Positions 42,149-52,670 of a DNA stretch of 64,000 nucleotides are shown here, in pieces. Location: positions 288,001 to 352,000 of the forward strand of contig JAPDJW010000002.1 in the NCBI GenBank assembly GCA_029258885.1, written 5' to 3'. This stretch comes from Thermoproteota archaeon (GTDB lineage: Archaea; Thermoproteota; Thermoprotei; Thermofilales; B9-G17). The notes below the pieces were generated by a model. That model had not been told where the DNA came from. It searched no databases and saw nothing but the letters and a program-made list of their open reading frames with translations. A program made the translations under genes and the position numbers. Numbering within the stretch: the first letter of the stretch is position 1; each line of letters starts with the position of its first letter.

Positions 42149-43297
42149 CTATGCTTTCGGAAAATCTCCATAAAAGACGATTTTTGGGCGCTCCTCCCTA
42201 AGTTCTGGAGGCGTTTCCACCGAGAACTCAGGCCATTCATTCTCCAGAATAGGGTTTATGCACCTTACATTTAGATGAATTTCATTAAGCCTTAGAGTTG
42301 AACTAGCGTCTCTGAGTTTCAGGCCATGAAGCTTCATATTATCCATATATTCCCTCAGCAGGAATATTATGAATCCTCCAGCGTTAGAGCCTCCACAAAT
42401 AAATATTCCTTCATTAGCCGCTCTAACTTTTAAAATTTCGGCTGAACCGTCCCCAATGTTTACCTCAAGTCCTCTAACGTATTTTCCTGAATATCTATCT
42501 AGTATTGCAAGGTATTTACTGCAGGCTAAATATAGGTATTTCTTATCTAAAGCTATTGATGGAGTACATTCCTCAAGTAACTTAGGATCGCCATTAGCTA
42601 GCATGCATCCCCACAGAAAGTTACCGTCAAGGCTGAAACAGGAGACACTAGGCGGCGTAGCACATACATATACTTGATCGCCGCTTAAACGTACGGCAGA
42701 CGGATAGGTGAGCCATAATCCCTCCTTAGTCTCGGTGAAGTCAATACACCATCTAACGTTAAAGTCTTCATCGAGAAGCATGAGAATTGAATTATCGTAG
42801 TATAATCGGCTTCCAGCCACAACATATCCTCCTGAACGATATATAGAGTATAGGCGTAGAGGATTCCTTTCGGTTGAGGACTCTAATGTAACAGCAAATC
42901 CAGTGATATTATCCATTGAGGCTTTAACAATTAGTCCGTCCTCATTACATGTAACGACGAAGTCCTCAGCACAGCAAATATCATTAATAACGTGATACTC
43001 ACCGTCGAGCTCAAATGTAGCCCAACACCTCTTAAAAACTCCACTATAATCAAGGAATCCTAGCAGAAAGCTGCCTGAAACAGCGATGACATCCCTTAAG
43101 CCGCATAGCCTATTAAAGACGAAGCCATCAACCCTGGGAATAGGCGTAGATTTAAACCACACCAAATTATCATCAGCTAGACATCCAATGAAAGTGTTTG
43201 AGCTAGAAATGCCGCAAAAATAAAGACTGCCGCCGTAGGGAATAACATCATAAATCCAGCTTTCACCTCTCCCAATCAAACACAGCCAGCCAGACAC
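42149..43297 (-). CDS. Hypothetical beta-propeller-like protein
   Basis: 382-aa ORF with repeated beta strands and D/N.G...W motifs. Confidence 0.6.
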   Translation of the reverse strand: MSGWLCLIGRGESWIYDVIPYGGSLYFCGISSSNTFIGCLADDNLVWFKSTPIPRVDGFVFNRLCGLRDVIAVSGSFLLGFLDYSGVFKRCWATFELDGEYHVINDICCAEDFVVTCNEDGLIVKASMDNITGFAVTLESSTERNPLRLYSIYRSGGYVVAGSRLYYDNSILMLLDEDFNVRWCIDFTETKEGLWLTYPSAVRLSGDQVYVCATPPSVSCFSLDGNFLWGCMLANGDPKLLEECTPSIALDKKYLYLACSKYLAILDRYSGKYVRGLEVNIGDGSAEILKVRAANEGIFICGGSNAGGFIIFLLREYMDNMKLHGLKLRDASSTLRLNEIHLNVRCINPILENEWPEFSVETPPELREERPKIVFYGDFPKA

Positions 43298-43524
43298 ATA
43301 CTAAATAAAGGGAGGAAAACATATAAAAATAAAACAGGCGAAGCTGGCATCGATTTATTCACCTTAACCAAAGAAGGTATTCAGTAGCAAATATATGAAA
43401 ATTAATGTGTATTAAAAGTAAGATAAACATATATTAGCTTCCTCGAGGCTTTATAGGGGGAAGAGATTTATTTCTTCTATCTCATTTTCATGTTAGTGAT
43501 AGAATATTTGCCCCGTAGGGAAGG

Positions 43525-44281
43525 ATGAAAATGTATACGATTAAAAGGAAGCGTTTTTTGAAGAATATAATTCTAGAAAGTATACTTCCTCCATACGAGG
43601 TCGATGAGGCCTATGAGGAGGAGCTTATTGGTGAATTCCAAAATGGTGTTGAGAGAACGTACTTTGACCACTTCATCAAGCTTGTTGGATTAAACGGTTT
43701 CATACTGGATTTAGCTTGCGGGGATGGTAGACATACACTCCGTCTTTCTGAAAAAATGCGTTACGTAACAGCGCTGGATCTATCCTCTAAGCAATTATAT
43801 AAGGCCAGAATAAAGTGTCAACTTAAGGAAAATATATCGTTTATTAGGGGCTCTATGTTCAATCTTCCCTTTAGAGAAAAAAATATTCGACGGTATCTGG
43901 CTCTCACAAGCCTTCGAGTATGTACCTCCAGACATGAGGGACAGATTCATTGAATACATTATAGGAATATTAAAGTCAGGAGGCATCCTGTTTATGAGCG
44001 TAGAAACCTGGCTGTATCCCAGTTTTCTCAAATCTATAAAGAATTTCATGAAAGACTTTATGCTTTATCTCTATTGGAAGTTTCTAAAACGTAAACCGCT
44101 TTTATGGGGCGAGTACCTGTATAAGCTAACAGTTAATGACGGATATACAATATATCACTATCACGTACATACGGACAAAAGAACTCTGCTCAAGCCAGTC
44201 AAAAAACATAAACTAAAAATACTTGATTTAGACCTCCACGATGGCTATATCTATATACTCTGCAGGAAATATTATACTTAA
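43525..44281 (+). pseudogene. Class I SAM methyltransferase split by a frameshift in an A7 run
   Basis: LDLACGDG and ALDLS motifs; removing one A from 43877-43883 gives LPFREKIFDGIWLSQAFEYVPPDMRDRF and joins the two ORFs. Confidence 0.8.
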
Positions 44282-44335
44282 GGTTTTATGTTTTGTCAAA
44301 ATATTCAAAATTAATAGAAAATAGAATTTATTATC

Positions 44336-44710
44336 TTATTGAATCTTTTCTACGAATTTCTCTTTATCTATTATATGTCTCTCATGTATTCCATGCGCTA
44401 TTTTTGCTTGGTTGTACCATGCTTCTACCCAGAAGGTTAGCCGTTTTCCGTCTACCGATATTAGTTCCGCTTTAACCTCTACTTCTCCGCCTAATGGTGT
44501 TGGTTTGAAATGTTTTATGTCTACGTGTACTCCTACTGTTGTCTGGTTTTCCGGCAGATATTTATCTGCTAGTGTTCTGCATGTTTTCTCCATAAATGCT
44601 ATTAATGATGGTGTTGATAGTACGGCTAGTTCTCCGCTTCCAACGTGTTTCGCTAAATGTTTTTCCTCTACCTTGAATTTCTCGGTGTGGGTTAGTCCTT
44701 TTCTGAGCAT
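44336..44710 (-). CDS. Hotdog-fold thioesterase (FlK-like)
   Basis: AKHVGSG, VLSTPSLIAFME, TTVG, HFKPTPLG, G.HER. Confidence 0.88.
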   Translation of the reverse strand: MLRKGLTHTEKFKVEEKHLAKHVGSGELAVLSTPSLIAFMEKTCRTLADKYLPENQTTVGVHVDIKHFKPTPLGGEVEVKAELISVDGKRLTFWVEAWYNQAKIAHGIHERHIIDKEKFVEKIQ

Positions 44711-44756
44711 GTTAATCCCCCTTAAATATTTAAAATATCATATTTAATGATTATTT

Positions 44757-45686
44757 ATGGGTAGGGTTCTGTATGTTCCTGCTAAGCTTAGGAAGCTTGA
44801 TAAGAGGTTTAGTCTTCCGTTTAAGTTTAGGGAGGCTTTGGAGCTTTCGCCTCTGAGGGATATGGTTGAGGAGGGTAATATCGTTGCTATAAAAATTCAT
44901 GTTGGCGATATGTCTGGAGGCGGCTTTAGGTATATTAGGCCTGTATTCGTTAGGATTCTCGTTGAATACGTTAAGGGTTTAGGCGGGCTTCCTTTTGTTA
45001 CTGATACTTGGGGATTGAAGCACGTCTACGTGGGTTTGAGGAATGGCTTTAACTACGCTACGCTGGGCTGTCCATTGATTCCCGCTAACGGTATTAAGGA
45101 GAACTTCTTCTATGAGGTTGAGATTACGAAATATTTCCATCTGAACAAAATTCAGGTTGCAGGCAACATATACGACGCTGATGTTCTAATAGACTTTGCT
45201 CACGCTAAGGGCCATGTTTCCCCTGGTTTTGGTGCCTGTATTAAGAATATTGCTATGGGATGTACATCCTATAGGACTAGGCATGAGATTCATAGGTTTG
45301 AGAAGAGTGATAATGTAGGGAAGGCTTTTCAGGAGGCTATGGCTGACGCCGTCTCGGCTGTGCTTAAGAATAAGAGGGGTAAGTGTCTCCACATAAACTA
45401 TGTTATGGATGTTCAGCCGTCCTGTGACTGTGCTCCATGGTCTGATATACCGGTTGTCCCCGATATAGGGATTCTTATATCGGATGACATTGTAGCTGTT
45501 GATCACGCTGCGATTAAGATGGTTGATGAAGCACCTATTGTTCCTAATTCTATTGCTGCTAAGCTAGATCTTAAGCCTGGGGATAATAAGTGGCTTAAAA
45601 TACATGGTAAGGATCCATATATTCAGGTTGAGGCGTGTGAGAAGCTTGGCTTAGGATCCACAAATTACGAGCTTGTGGAGGTCTAG
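44757..45686 (+). CDS. DUF362 Fe-S protein
   Basis: VAIKIHVG, HAKGH, GACIKNIAMGC, PSCDC, SDDIVAVD. Confidence 0.85.
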   Translation: MGRVLYVPAKLRKLDKRFSLPFKFREALELSPLRDMVEEGNIVAIKIHVGDMSGGGFRYIRPVFVRILVEYVKGLGGLPFVTDTWGLKHVYVGLRNGFNYATLGCPLIPANGIKENFFYEVEITKYFHLNKIQVAGNIYDADVLIDFAHAKGHVSPGFGACIKNIAMGCTSYRTRHEIHRFEKSDNVGKAFQEAMADAVSAVLKNKRGKCLHINYVMDVQPSCDCAPWSDIPVVPDIGILISDDIVAVDHAAIKMVDEAPIVPNSIAAKLDLKPGDNKWLKIHGKDPYIQVEACEKLGLGSTNYELVEV

Positions 45687-45690
45687 CCCG

Positions 45691-45912
45691 ATGCCTAAGG
45701 TAATAGTTGATCATGAGAAATGTATTGGATGCGCTAGATGCTGCGCTGTATGTCCATCGAAGGTGTTTGTAATTAAGGAGGGTAAATCCTATCCGGTTAA
45801 TGAGGATAGGTGCGTGATGTGTAGGGCGTGTGTAACCCATTGTCCTGTTGGTGCGATAACTCTAGCTCATAGGGAAGTTACGGGGGCTTTTTCGAGGCTG
45901 TATGAAGATTAG
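45691..45912 (+). CDS. 2[4Fe-4S] ferredoxin
   Basis: CIGCARCCAVCP and CVMCRACVTHCP; start ATG 45691. Confidence 0.92.
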   Translation: MPKVIVDHEKCIGCARCCAVCPSKVFVIKEGKSYPVNEDRCVMCRACVTHCPVGAITLAHREVTGAFSRLYED

Positions 45913-46018
45913 ATGTTTTGTCGCTGGATGAGGGTTTGGCTTCATTGAATGGGTGGGGGCTCTTCACAGCTTGTGATTGAGGGAAAATATATTATGTTCT
46001 ATAGCTATAGTTATAGTT

Positions 46019-46219
46019 ATGAGCACTACTATTCAGGTTAGTAGGAAAACTCTGCAGTTGCTTAATATGTTGAAGGAGAGGCTGTCGGTTAAGAGTTATG
46101 ATGAGCTTATAAGGATGATGGCTCTTGAAAAGCTTAATTTACCAAAGTCGATGTTCGGCGTTAATCCAAGGCTTTCATCGTTTAAGGAGGAGGATGAGGC
46201 TGAGTTTCATGAGCTATAA
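46019..46219 (+). CDS. vapB: VapB-type antitoxin
   Basis: MSTTIQVS...SYDELI; overlaps the PIN gene; start ATG 46019. Confidence 0.8.
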   Translation: MSTTIQVSRKTLQLLNMLKERLSVKSYDELIRMMALEKLNLPKSMFGVNPRLSSFKEEDEAEFHEL

Positions 46220-46619
46220 GTATGTAATAGATTCCTATGCTTGGATAGAGTACTTTAAGGGTACTGAGGCTGGTCTGAAGGCTAAACGTTACATTGAGGT
46301 TGAGCTGTCAGCTACGCCTACAATCGTTGTTGCTGAGTTATGTAGAAAGCTGTTAAGGGAGGTTAATGCTGGTAGGGAAACAATCTATGGAATGAATAAG
46401 ATGTTAAAGTTTGTTAGATCGTCGACTATTATTGTTGACCTAAACTATGATATTGCGTTGTTAGCTGGAGAAATTGATGTTAGAAGAAAGCGCAGGGTTA
46501 GGGGCTGGGGGCTTGCAGATTCAATAATTCTAGCCACCGCAAGGATATGCAATGCTAAGGTAGTTACTGGAGATGGGCATTTCAGTGATCTCAAGGATGA
46601 AGTTATAATGATTAAATAG
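46209..46619 (+). CDS. vapC: VapC PIN-domain toxin
   Basis: VIDSYAWIEY, AE, LADSIILATA, VVTGD.HF; start ATG 46209. Confidence 0.9.
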   Translation: MSYKYVIDSYAWIEYFKGTEAGLKAKRYIEVELSATPTIVVAELCRKLLREVNAGRETIYGMNKMLKFVRSSTIIVDLNYDIALLAGEIDVRRKRRVRGWGLADSIILATARICNAKVVTGDGHFSDLKDEVIMIK

Positions 46620-46648
46620 GAAACCTGTGGATGGCAAGAATTCAGTAA

Positions 46649-47128
46649 TTAGGATCTTACCCTTATTTCACCTATAAATCTAGCTTTCCTTAGTACTGCG
46701 AATTTGCTTATATGTTTAGGTATTTCAACTACCCTACAGTTTATTATCCTCAATACTCTGTTTCTGAAGTCCTTCTCGGTGACATCATCCTCGAATATCA
46801 GCTCATTTATACCTAGGAATACTATCGGTGAATCAACTGAATACAGGTCGGCTTTGCTGACGCTTAGCTTACCTATATGCCTAATGACCGTAGGTACTAT
46901 TTTTCTGAGAGGCCTAGGCGCCATCTCCTTCATCTTTCTAACTATATTTACTGGTACAAGCATCAGTTCTTCACTCTCATCAACCACCGATACGAATAGT
47001 TTAAATGCTTGGGAGGCTACAGTTCCCACGTTCATTCTCATCCTCTTAGCTAGGTCCGCCAGCTCTCTGTATGCCTCCTCCTCAACCCCCCTTATAACAA
47101 CAGTCTTCTTCCTCTCCTCATTCGACAT
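46649..47128 (-). CDS. Hypothetical protein with ribbon-helix-helix-like N-terminus
   Basis: TVVIRGVEEEAYRELADLAKRMRMNVG; coupled to the upstream gene. Confidence 0.6.
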   Translation of the reverse strand: MSNEERKKTVVIRGVEEEAYRELADLAKRMRMNVGTVASQAFKLFVSVVDESEELMLVPVNIVRKMKEMAPRPLRKIVPTVIRHIGKLSVSKADLYSVDSPIVFLGINELIFEDDVTEKDFRNRVLRIINCRVVEIPKHISKFAVLRKARFIGEIRVRS

Positions 47129-48927
47129 TATTCATCACCATTAAGTTTATCTATTTCAGTTATAACTGTATCTATCTCATCTAGTAAGTCCTTGCACTTT
47201 ATCTTCCTGTTGTTTCTCACGTATACTCCTGTAAATCCTATAGCCATAACCACGGCTATTAAAGCCGCTATTACGAGGTTAAGTCTACTCACGTAACTAT
47301 ATCCCACGTCATCCTTTGGCTGATTACTGGGTAGGGATACTTTAGCCGGATCCCTGACGACCAAGTTGTATGTTTTAACGCTTACTTCGCTGGTAAAGAA
47401 CTTCGCCTCAATGGTATTGCCGCTGAATTCAAGCACTGGCTGCTCCGTCTCGTACATTATATTTAATGCTTCAATAGCTGTCTTTCTCTCCTCGATTAAT
47501 TTAAGGTTTAATTCAATAGTCTCCCTGTAACTGTAGAATTCAGCGATATTTTCATCCAGTAGCTTCCTCCTCTCCACTATTTCCTCGGCGTAGCCCTTAG
47601 TCTGCTCGGCCATTGCCCGTGTGTACATACTTGCGTTGCGTAGCCCCTCGGCAAGCTCCATTAAATACCCGGATGAGGTCTTTAAAGCTGAACTAAACTC
47701 CCTTATATTGCTGGATACGTTACTATCGAGCAGGTTGTCTAGAGTATTCAGTAGGCTCCGTACCTCAGATAGGTCGTCTATCGCCTCCTTCAAGTTCTTC
47801 TTGACATTGCCTAGATAATTGTCTGAAAGGGGCAGGGAGTCCAATATACCGTATATTTTCTCCAGTAGAGTTATAGCCTTATCCACGTAACCTAAAGCAG
47901 TACTTAATGTATCTCTGGCGTCGCTTAATCTGGCTGTAAGCTCCTCAACATCGTCCGCAAGCTTCTCAGCCTCCATTGATGCATTCATTAGACCGGATGC
48001 AGCCCTAGACGATATGTTAGCGCACTCCTCCAACATATCAGCGTATTTCGTAAAATTTTCGCTTAGAATATTCAGTATGTTTGTCATGTTATCGAGTGCA
48101 ATAGTTATGTTGCCCATGAGGGAATCAAGCAACTTAAATCCTTTAATCATATCCTCGAGCTCTGACATCGAGGGCGTGCTTCCATTGTATAGGCTTGGAT
48201 CTATGAAGACCTCCACCCTAGGGGCTGTTAGCGTAGCCTCCTTCCACTCGCTCATCCCGCTGACCTTCAACCTTAAGCTTATCGTATAGTTGTCGTCTAG
48301 TACGGTGAACCAGGAGAGAAGGAAGTATTCTCCAACCATAGTTATGATGTTAGGCTTCGGATGTACATCAAGCATCGTAAACCTCGATGAATCAATAGTC
48401 CACGAAATGAATGCGAACAATGGGGGTGTAACGTTACCTAAGCTTAAATTATTCTTCAGGTGTAGGACGTAGGATATTTCGCATCCACTGCTCCTGTTCA
48501 CCAGGTAGAAGCTGCCGATATTCGCTGGAGACGTGGACGCATTATCAACGTTTATCTCGCTCCAAACTATAACCGGAACTATAAGGGACTCAGCCGAATA
48601 CCTTATCTTAAGCCTTCCATCAACCCTAACGTTACGCCAGTAAAGCTCAACCACACTACCATTAACCCTAACCTCACTGGGCTGGAGGCCATAGAATTCC
48701 AAGCTATTTTCCTTTATGTACATAATCCTATCGGTGAGATTGACAACGCCGTAACCTTCGACGCTTAACGTAACGTAAACCCTAGATTCAACTGATTCAC
48801 CGTTAAATGTAACTAGTATGCTTCTGCAGACCGATTTCTCGAGTATAAACTCTGGGCTACCGCTAGCTATTGAACTGAAGATTGTCGTTATCACTATTAA
48901 AGCCAGCACATACGCCTTAGCTTTCAT
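47128..48927 (-). CDS. Secreted or membrane-anchored protein with long coiled-coil region
   Basis: Signal-like N-terminus, beta-rich domain, extended heptad helices, C-terminal TM. Confidence 0.7.
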   Translation of the reverse strand: MKAKAYVLALIVITTIFSSIASGSPEFILEKSVCRSILVTFNGESVESRVYVTLSVEGYGVVNLTDRIMYIKENSLEFYGLQPSEVRVNGSVVELYWRNVRVDGRLKIRYSAESLIVPVIVWSEINVDNASTSPANIGSFYLVNRSSGCEISYVLHLKNNLSLGNVTPPLFAFISWTIDSSRFTMLDVHPKPNIITMVGEYFLLSWFTVLDDNYTISLRLKVSGMSEWKEATLTAPRVEVFIDPSLYNGSTPSMSELEDMIKGFKLLDSLMGNITIALDNMTNILNILSENFTKYADMLEECANISSRAASGLMNASMEAEKLADDVEELTARLSDARDTLSTALGYVDKAITLLEKIYGILDSLPLSDNYLGNVKKNLKEAIDDLSEVRSLLNTLDNLLDSNVSSNIREFSSALKTSSGYLMELAEGLRNASMYTRAMAEQTKGYAEEIVERRKLLDENIAEFYSYRETIELNLKLIEERKTAIEALNIMYETEQPVLEFSGNTIEAKFFTSEVSVKTYNLVVRDPAKVSLPSNQPKDDVGYSYVSRLNLVIAALIAVVMAIGFTGVYVRNNRKIKCKDLLDEIDTVITEIDKLNGDE

Positions 48928-49054
48928 AGTTATCTTCGTAATACTCGTATATCAAATATATAAATTTTACTATAGGCATTCACCTCTAGGCGTATAGTAT
49001 TTTGGAAAAGTATTTACTTTTCTGTAGGTATAATTGTTGTATGAATAATGCATA

Positions 49055-49291
49055 GTGATAGGGTTGGAAACGGAAGTATTTTGTATTAGGATTAGGAGGG
49101 AGTTAAAAGATAAGATTAGGAAGTATAGTGATATTGACTGGAGGAAGCTAATAGAGGAATTCATCGAAGATGTAGTGGCTCGTAGAGAGATGGAGGAGGC
49201 TTTTAAAAGGCTGGACGAAATATTGAAGGATATTCCTCCATCAAAGGAACCTGCATGTAAGCTCATAAGGGAAGATAGAGGTAAATTGTAA
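49055..49291 (+). CDS. VapB/RHH-type antitoxin (orphan)
   Basis: FCIRIRRELKDKI...WRKLIEEFIE...LIREDR; followed by a short VapC-like stub. Confidence 0.75.
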   Translation: MIGLETEVFCIRIRRELKDKIRKYSDIDWRKLIEEFIEDVVARREMEEAFKRLDEILKDIPPSKEPACKLIREDRGKL

Positions 49292-49321
49292 TAGATACTT
49301 CTATATATGCTAGCGTAGCCA

Positions 49322-50212
49322 TTATGCTGTCTTCTGAAGTCTTCTAATAGCTTGTTTAATACGTACTACCTCTTTCTCAGCCTCATTTCTAGGCAGTATT
49401 CCTTCAATCATTAGTCTCCTCAGGCTTTGAGCGCGTGTTTTAAGTAGGTTTAGCTGTGCATTCTTCATGAGGTCTGATTTCCTTATTCTTGTTAGCTCTT
49501 CGCTCAGCTTGGAGGATAGCAGGTCTCTCGGCGGGTTTTCATATAGTATTCCATCCCTGATGTATACTACCCTCGTAGCTATTTCGGTAAGCTCTAGGTT
49601 GTGGGTTACTATTAGGAATGTTTGTCCATATACCTCGTTGAGCCATTTAACTAGCGAAATGACCTTCGCTGAGGAGCGTGTATCGAGGTTTCCAGTGGGC
49701 TCATCCATAAATACTATTTCGGGATCGTTAGCCAGTGCTCTGGCGATGGCTACTCTCTGTTGCTGTCCGCCGCTCAGCTGCGACGGAAACTTGTTGTAGT
49801 GTTCCCTAAGTCCTACGAGACTAAGCAGCTCGAGAGCCCTACTCCTAGCTTCATCAACCGCGTATAGGCCTGACAGGATCATTGGAGCCATAACGTTCTC
49901 CAGTGCGGTAAAGTTTCTTATTAGATTGTACGTCTGGAATACGAATCCAAGTTTCCTGCTCCTTAGAGCTGTAAGCTCCTCCTCATTCAATTCAGTGACG
50001 TTTACATCCCCTATATAGACGCTCCCCATAGATGGCTTATCAAGAGTGCTAGCGATACTTAGCAACGTGGATTTACCGCTTCCGCTTGGGCCCATGACTA
50101 CCACTAGTTCTCCAGCCTCTACCTCAAAGTTAATGTTCTTAAGCACGGCCATCCTTTTGTCCCCGTATCCATAGAACTTCCACACGTTAACGAGCCTGAG
50201 CACGCTACTCAT
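49322..50212 (-). CDS. ABC ATPase, LolD/MacB family
   Basis: GPSGSGKST, LSGGQQQRVAIARAL, MDEPTGNLD, VTHN. Confidence 0.95.
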   Translation of the reverse strand: MSSVLRLVNVWKFYGYGDKRMAVLKNINFEVEAGELVVVMGPSGSGKSTLLSIASTLDKPSMGSVYIGDVNVTELNEEELTALRSRKLGFVFQTYNLIRNFTALENVMAPMILSGLYAVDEARSRALELLSLVGLREHYNKFPSQLSGGQQQRVAIARALANDPEIVFMDEPTGNLDTRSSAKVISLVKWLNEVYGQTFLIVTHNLELTEIATRVVYIRDGILYENPPRDLLSSKLSEELTRIRKSDLMKNAQLNLLKTRAQSLRRLMIEGILPRNEAEKEVVRIKQAIRRLQKTA

Positions 50213-51368
50213 TCTTCAACACCTCAAGAGGCTTTACCCTACTTGCCTTGAGAACGGGATATGTTGAGGATAGTATGCTTACAGCTATGGATGAGGTAAA
50301 ACCTAAGGCTATAACTAAAGGATCAAGCTTTAAGGACATCGTAAGGATACCTGAAGACTCAATATACCTCCTAAGAAGCTCCGCCAACATAACTCCAAGG
50401 AGCGACCCTATTGCCCCGCCAGCTGCCCCGAAGATGGTGGCTTCAAGCATAAACATCACTACTACGTCACGTGACTTTGCTCCAATAGCCCTTAAGACAG
50501 CTATCTCCCTAGCATGTTCCCTAACGCTGGACATTATCGTGTTTGATGTCCCAAAGACTGCTACGGCAACTCCTATAATAGTTACTGCTGAAAGTAGACC
50601 ATCGATGACCGAGATAATCTGTGTGATAGCTCCTAGAACCTCCTCCCTTCTCAGGATGTTGGCGTTAGGATAAAGTGTTTTCAGGTTCTCCTCAACTTGA
50701 TCGGTGTCCCATTCCTTATCGGCGATTATCATAACCATTGTTACAAAGCCATCCTTATCGATAAGCTTCTGTGCATCCTTCAGGGGAATTACTACGTATG
50801 TACTGAAGGCCGATAAACCCTGAAGCTTCATCCCAATATTGGCTATCCCCACAACCTTAAAGGGATACGCTATGGATCCAATCTGCGACTTCAGGAAGAC
50901 CGTATCTCCAACGCTTATATTCCTCCTCTCAGCGAAGAGCTCGTCAACAATTACAACATTCTCCTCGCCGTCAGCAAACTTACGGCCGACTTTACACTCC
51001 AAAATATAGTCCAGATCCTCCGGCTTCACACCAAATATGAAAGCCATAACACCCTCCATATACCCAGTAACGAAAACCATTGGAATAGCTCTATCAACCC
51101 CAGGAGCATCTTCAACTTCATGGACTATAAACTCGGGTATATCGCAGAGCCCCTCCCCGTATATGGCAAGCTCACCTACAAAAACCTGCTCAATAACTCC
51201 TCCAGCCGCCGCCCTAGCGCTAGCACTAACAATACGGAGTGAAACCAAGGCGGCTACTCCACACGCTATAGCTAGGACTGCAAGCATCGAAATAAACTTC
51301 CTAAACCTTATATCCCTCAAAACGAACCTCAACGATAGCCACAGCAAGCTCATAGTAATCATCGTCAT
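50205..51368 (-). CDS. ABC permease, FtsX/MacB family
   Basis: N-terminal TM, extracytoplasmic domain, REIAVLRAIGA, three C-terminal TMs, YP..KAS.V.P. Confidence 0.92.
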   Translation of the reverse strand: MTMITMSLLWLSLRFVLRDIRFRKFISMLAVLAIACGVAALVSLRIVSASARAAAGGVIEQVFVGELAIYGEGLCDIPEFIVHEVEDAPGVDRAIPMVFVTGYMEGVMAFIFGVKPEDLDYILECKVGRKFADGEENVVIVDELFAERRNISVGDTVFLKSQIGSIAYPFKVVGIANIGMKLQGLSAFSTYVVIPLKDAQKLIDKDGFVTMVMIIADKEWDTDQVEENLKTLYPNANILRREEVLGAITQIISVIDGLLSAVTIIGVAVAVFGTSNTIMSSVREHAREIAVLRAIGAKSRDVVVMFMLEATIFGAAGGAIGSLLGVMLAELLRRYIESSGILTMSLKLDPLVIALGFTSSIAVSILSSTYPVLKASRVKPLEVLKNE

Positions 51369-51509
51369 ACATGTATGACAAATATATAAATCTTTCTATA
51401 AACTATTTTACTTATCAACAGCTATCCCATCTATAGCCGTAGAGGATAGTTGGAGTTAGCTGCTAAAATATAATTAGCAGTATTAATCCCCGCTAGTGGT
51501 AAGCGCACC

Positions 51510-52580
51510 CTATAAAGCGTATCTTAACACAGGATCCGGTATATAATACATGTTATTCTTCTTCGCTATAAAACCTGAGTCCATTAGATTTTGAAGTAGT
51601 CTTGATAATGCTGAGCTATATATTTTCTCTCCTGTTTTAAGTTCTAGATATCGCGTAATTTCGCTCCATGTAGCTCCATCCTTTACGGCCTTCATAATCT
51701 CTAAATATCTTCTTGAACCCCTTAGCCTGACAAAGTTATGGAGTTCTTCTAATGCCAGCTTAGAGGCTTTCTCCAAAACCTTCATTATTGTTTCATCGCT
51801 TAACCCCTCCCTTAATGCTATTAACCCAAAATAGCTTAGCCAGCCAATTATTCCATTAAGCCTATCCACCGCCTTGGCAAGTATTTCTTCATTAGGCTCT
51901 ATTCCAGCCTGTCTAAAGCCTATTCGTAGAAACTCCAGTGACTGCTCCCTAGTTAACGGCTTTAGCTCTATCTCCTCCATGTATCTCCCGTAGGGGGGAT
52001 GAAGGGTCATCGATTTTAAGGAAATTGTATAGCATGCCTATTTTAGATCCAGCGAATATGAACGATATATTGCTTAGGTTATCGTATGCATAGGATATAA
52101 TGGGTATCATATTAAATCCCTTAAGTTTAACGAACTCCTGAGCTTCATCAAATACTATCACGAGTTTTACACCTCTATCACGAGCCCAATTATTAAGGCA
52201 GTCTAATATCGAGGCAAGGGAGGGTCTTCCCTCCCTCCAATTAAACTCTATTCTAACCCCAACAACATTTACCCCAGCTACGTACCTCAGGTAGTCAGCT
52301 ATCTTTCTAAATTTAGGCATTAGCTCGCTTAACCCTCTTCTAAATTCACGTAAAAATCTCTATACGTTAGATAGCTCCTCTCCTCAAACTTCCTTGCATC
52401 AATATATATCCTAGGCATATCCCTCGTCGCTACCTTTATAAGCGAGGTCTTCCCGGTGCGTCGAAGCCCTATAATTAATGTAATGGATCTTTTAGCAATA
52501 GATTCAATTAAAGCCTTAAGCTCCTCCTCTCTATCATATAAATCCTTCGGATCCTCTATCGGTCTATCCGTGAAGAACAT
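51510..52580 (-). pseudogene. Archaeal AAA ATPase (P-loop plus wHTH) with two frameshifts
   Basis: LYDREEEL, GLRRTGKTS, FDEAQE, AGS, SPL/YGR. Breaks at the T5 run (plus 52352-52356) and at C6-TA (plus ~51991-51998). Confidence 0.85.
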
Positions 52581-52670
52581 AGTACATACCTCTGTACTTA
52601 GTACATACCTATGTACTTATATATCATTTACAATCATACACCCACGATTCCGTGAAAATAGTTAAGGAAA

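Noticed and set aside
41878-42274. Plus-strand 121-aa ORF and a minus-strand helical remnant (QIIESLLKQAADMRRKAEELE) with internal stops
   Set aside because: The plus ORF looks like a shadow; the remnant is too short to assign to a family such as HsdS.
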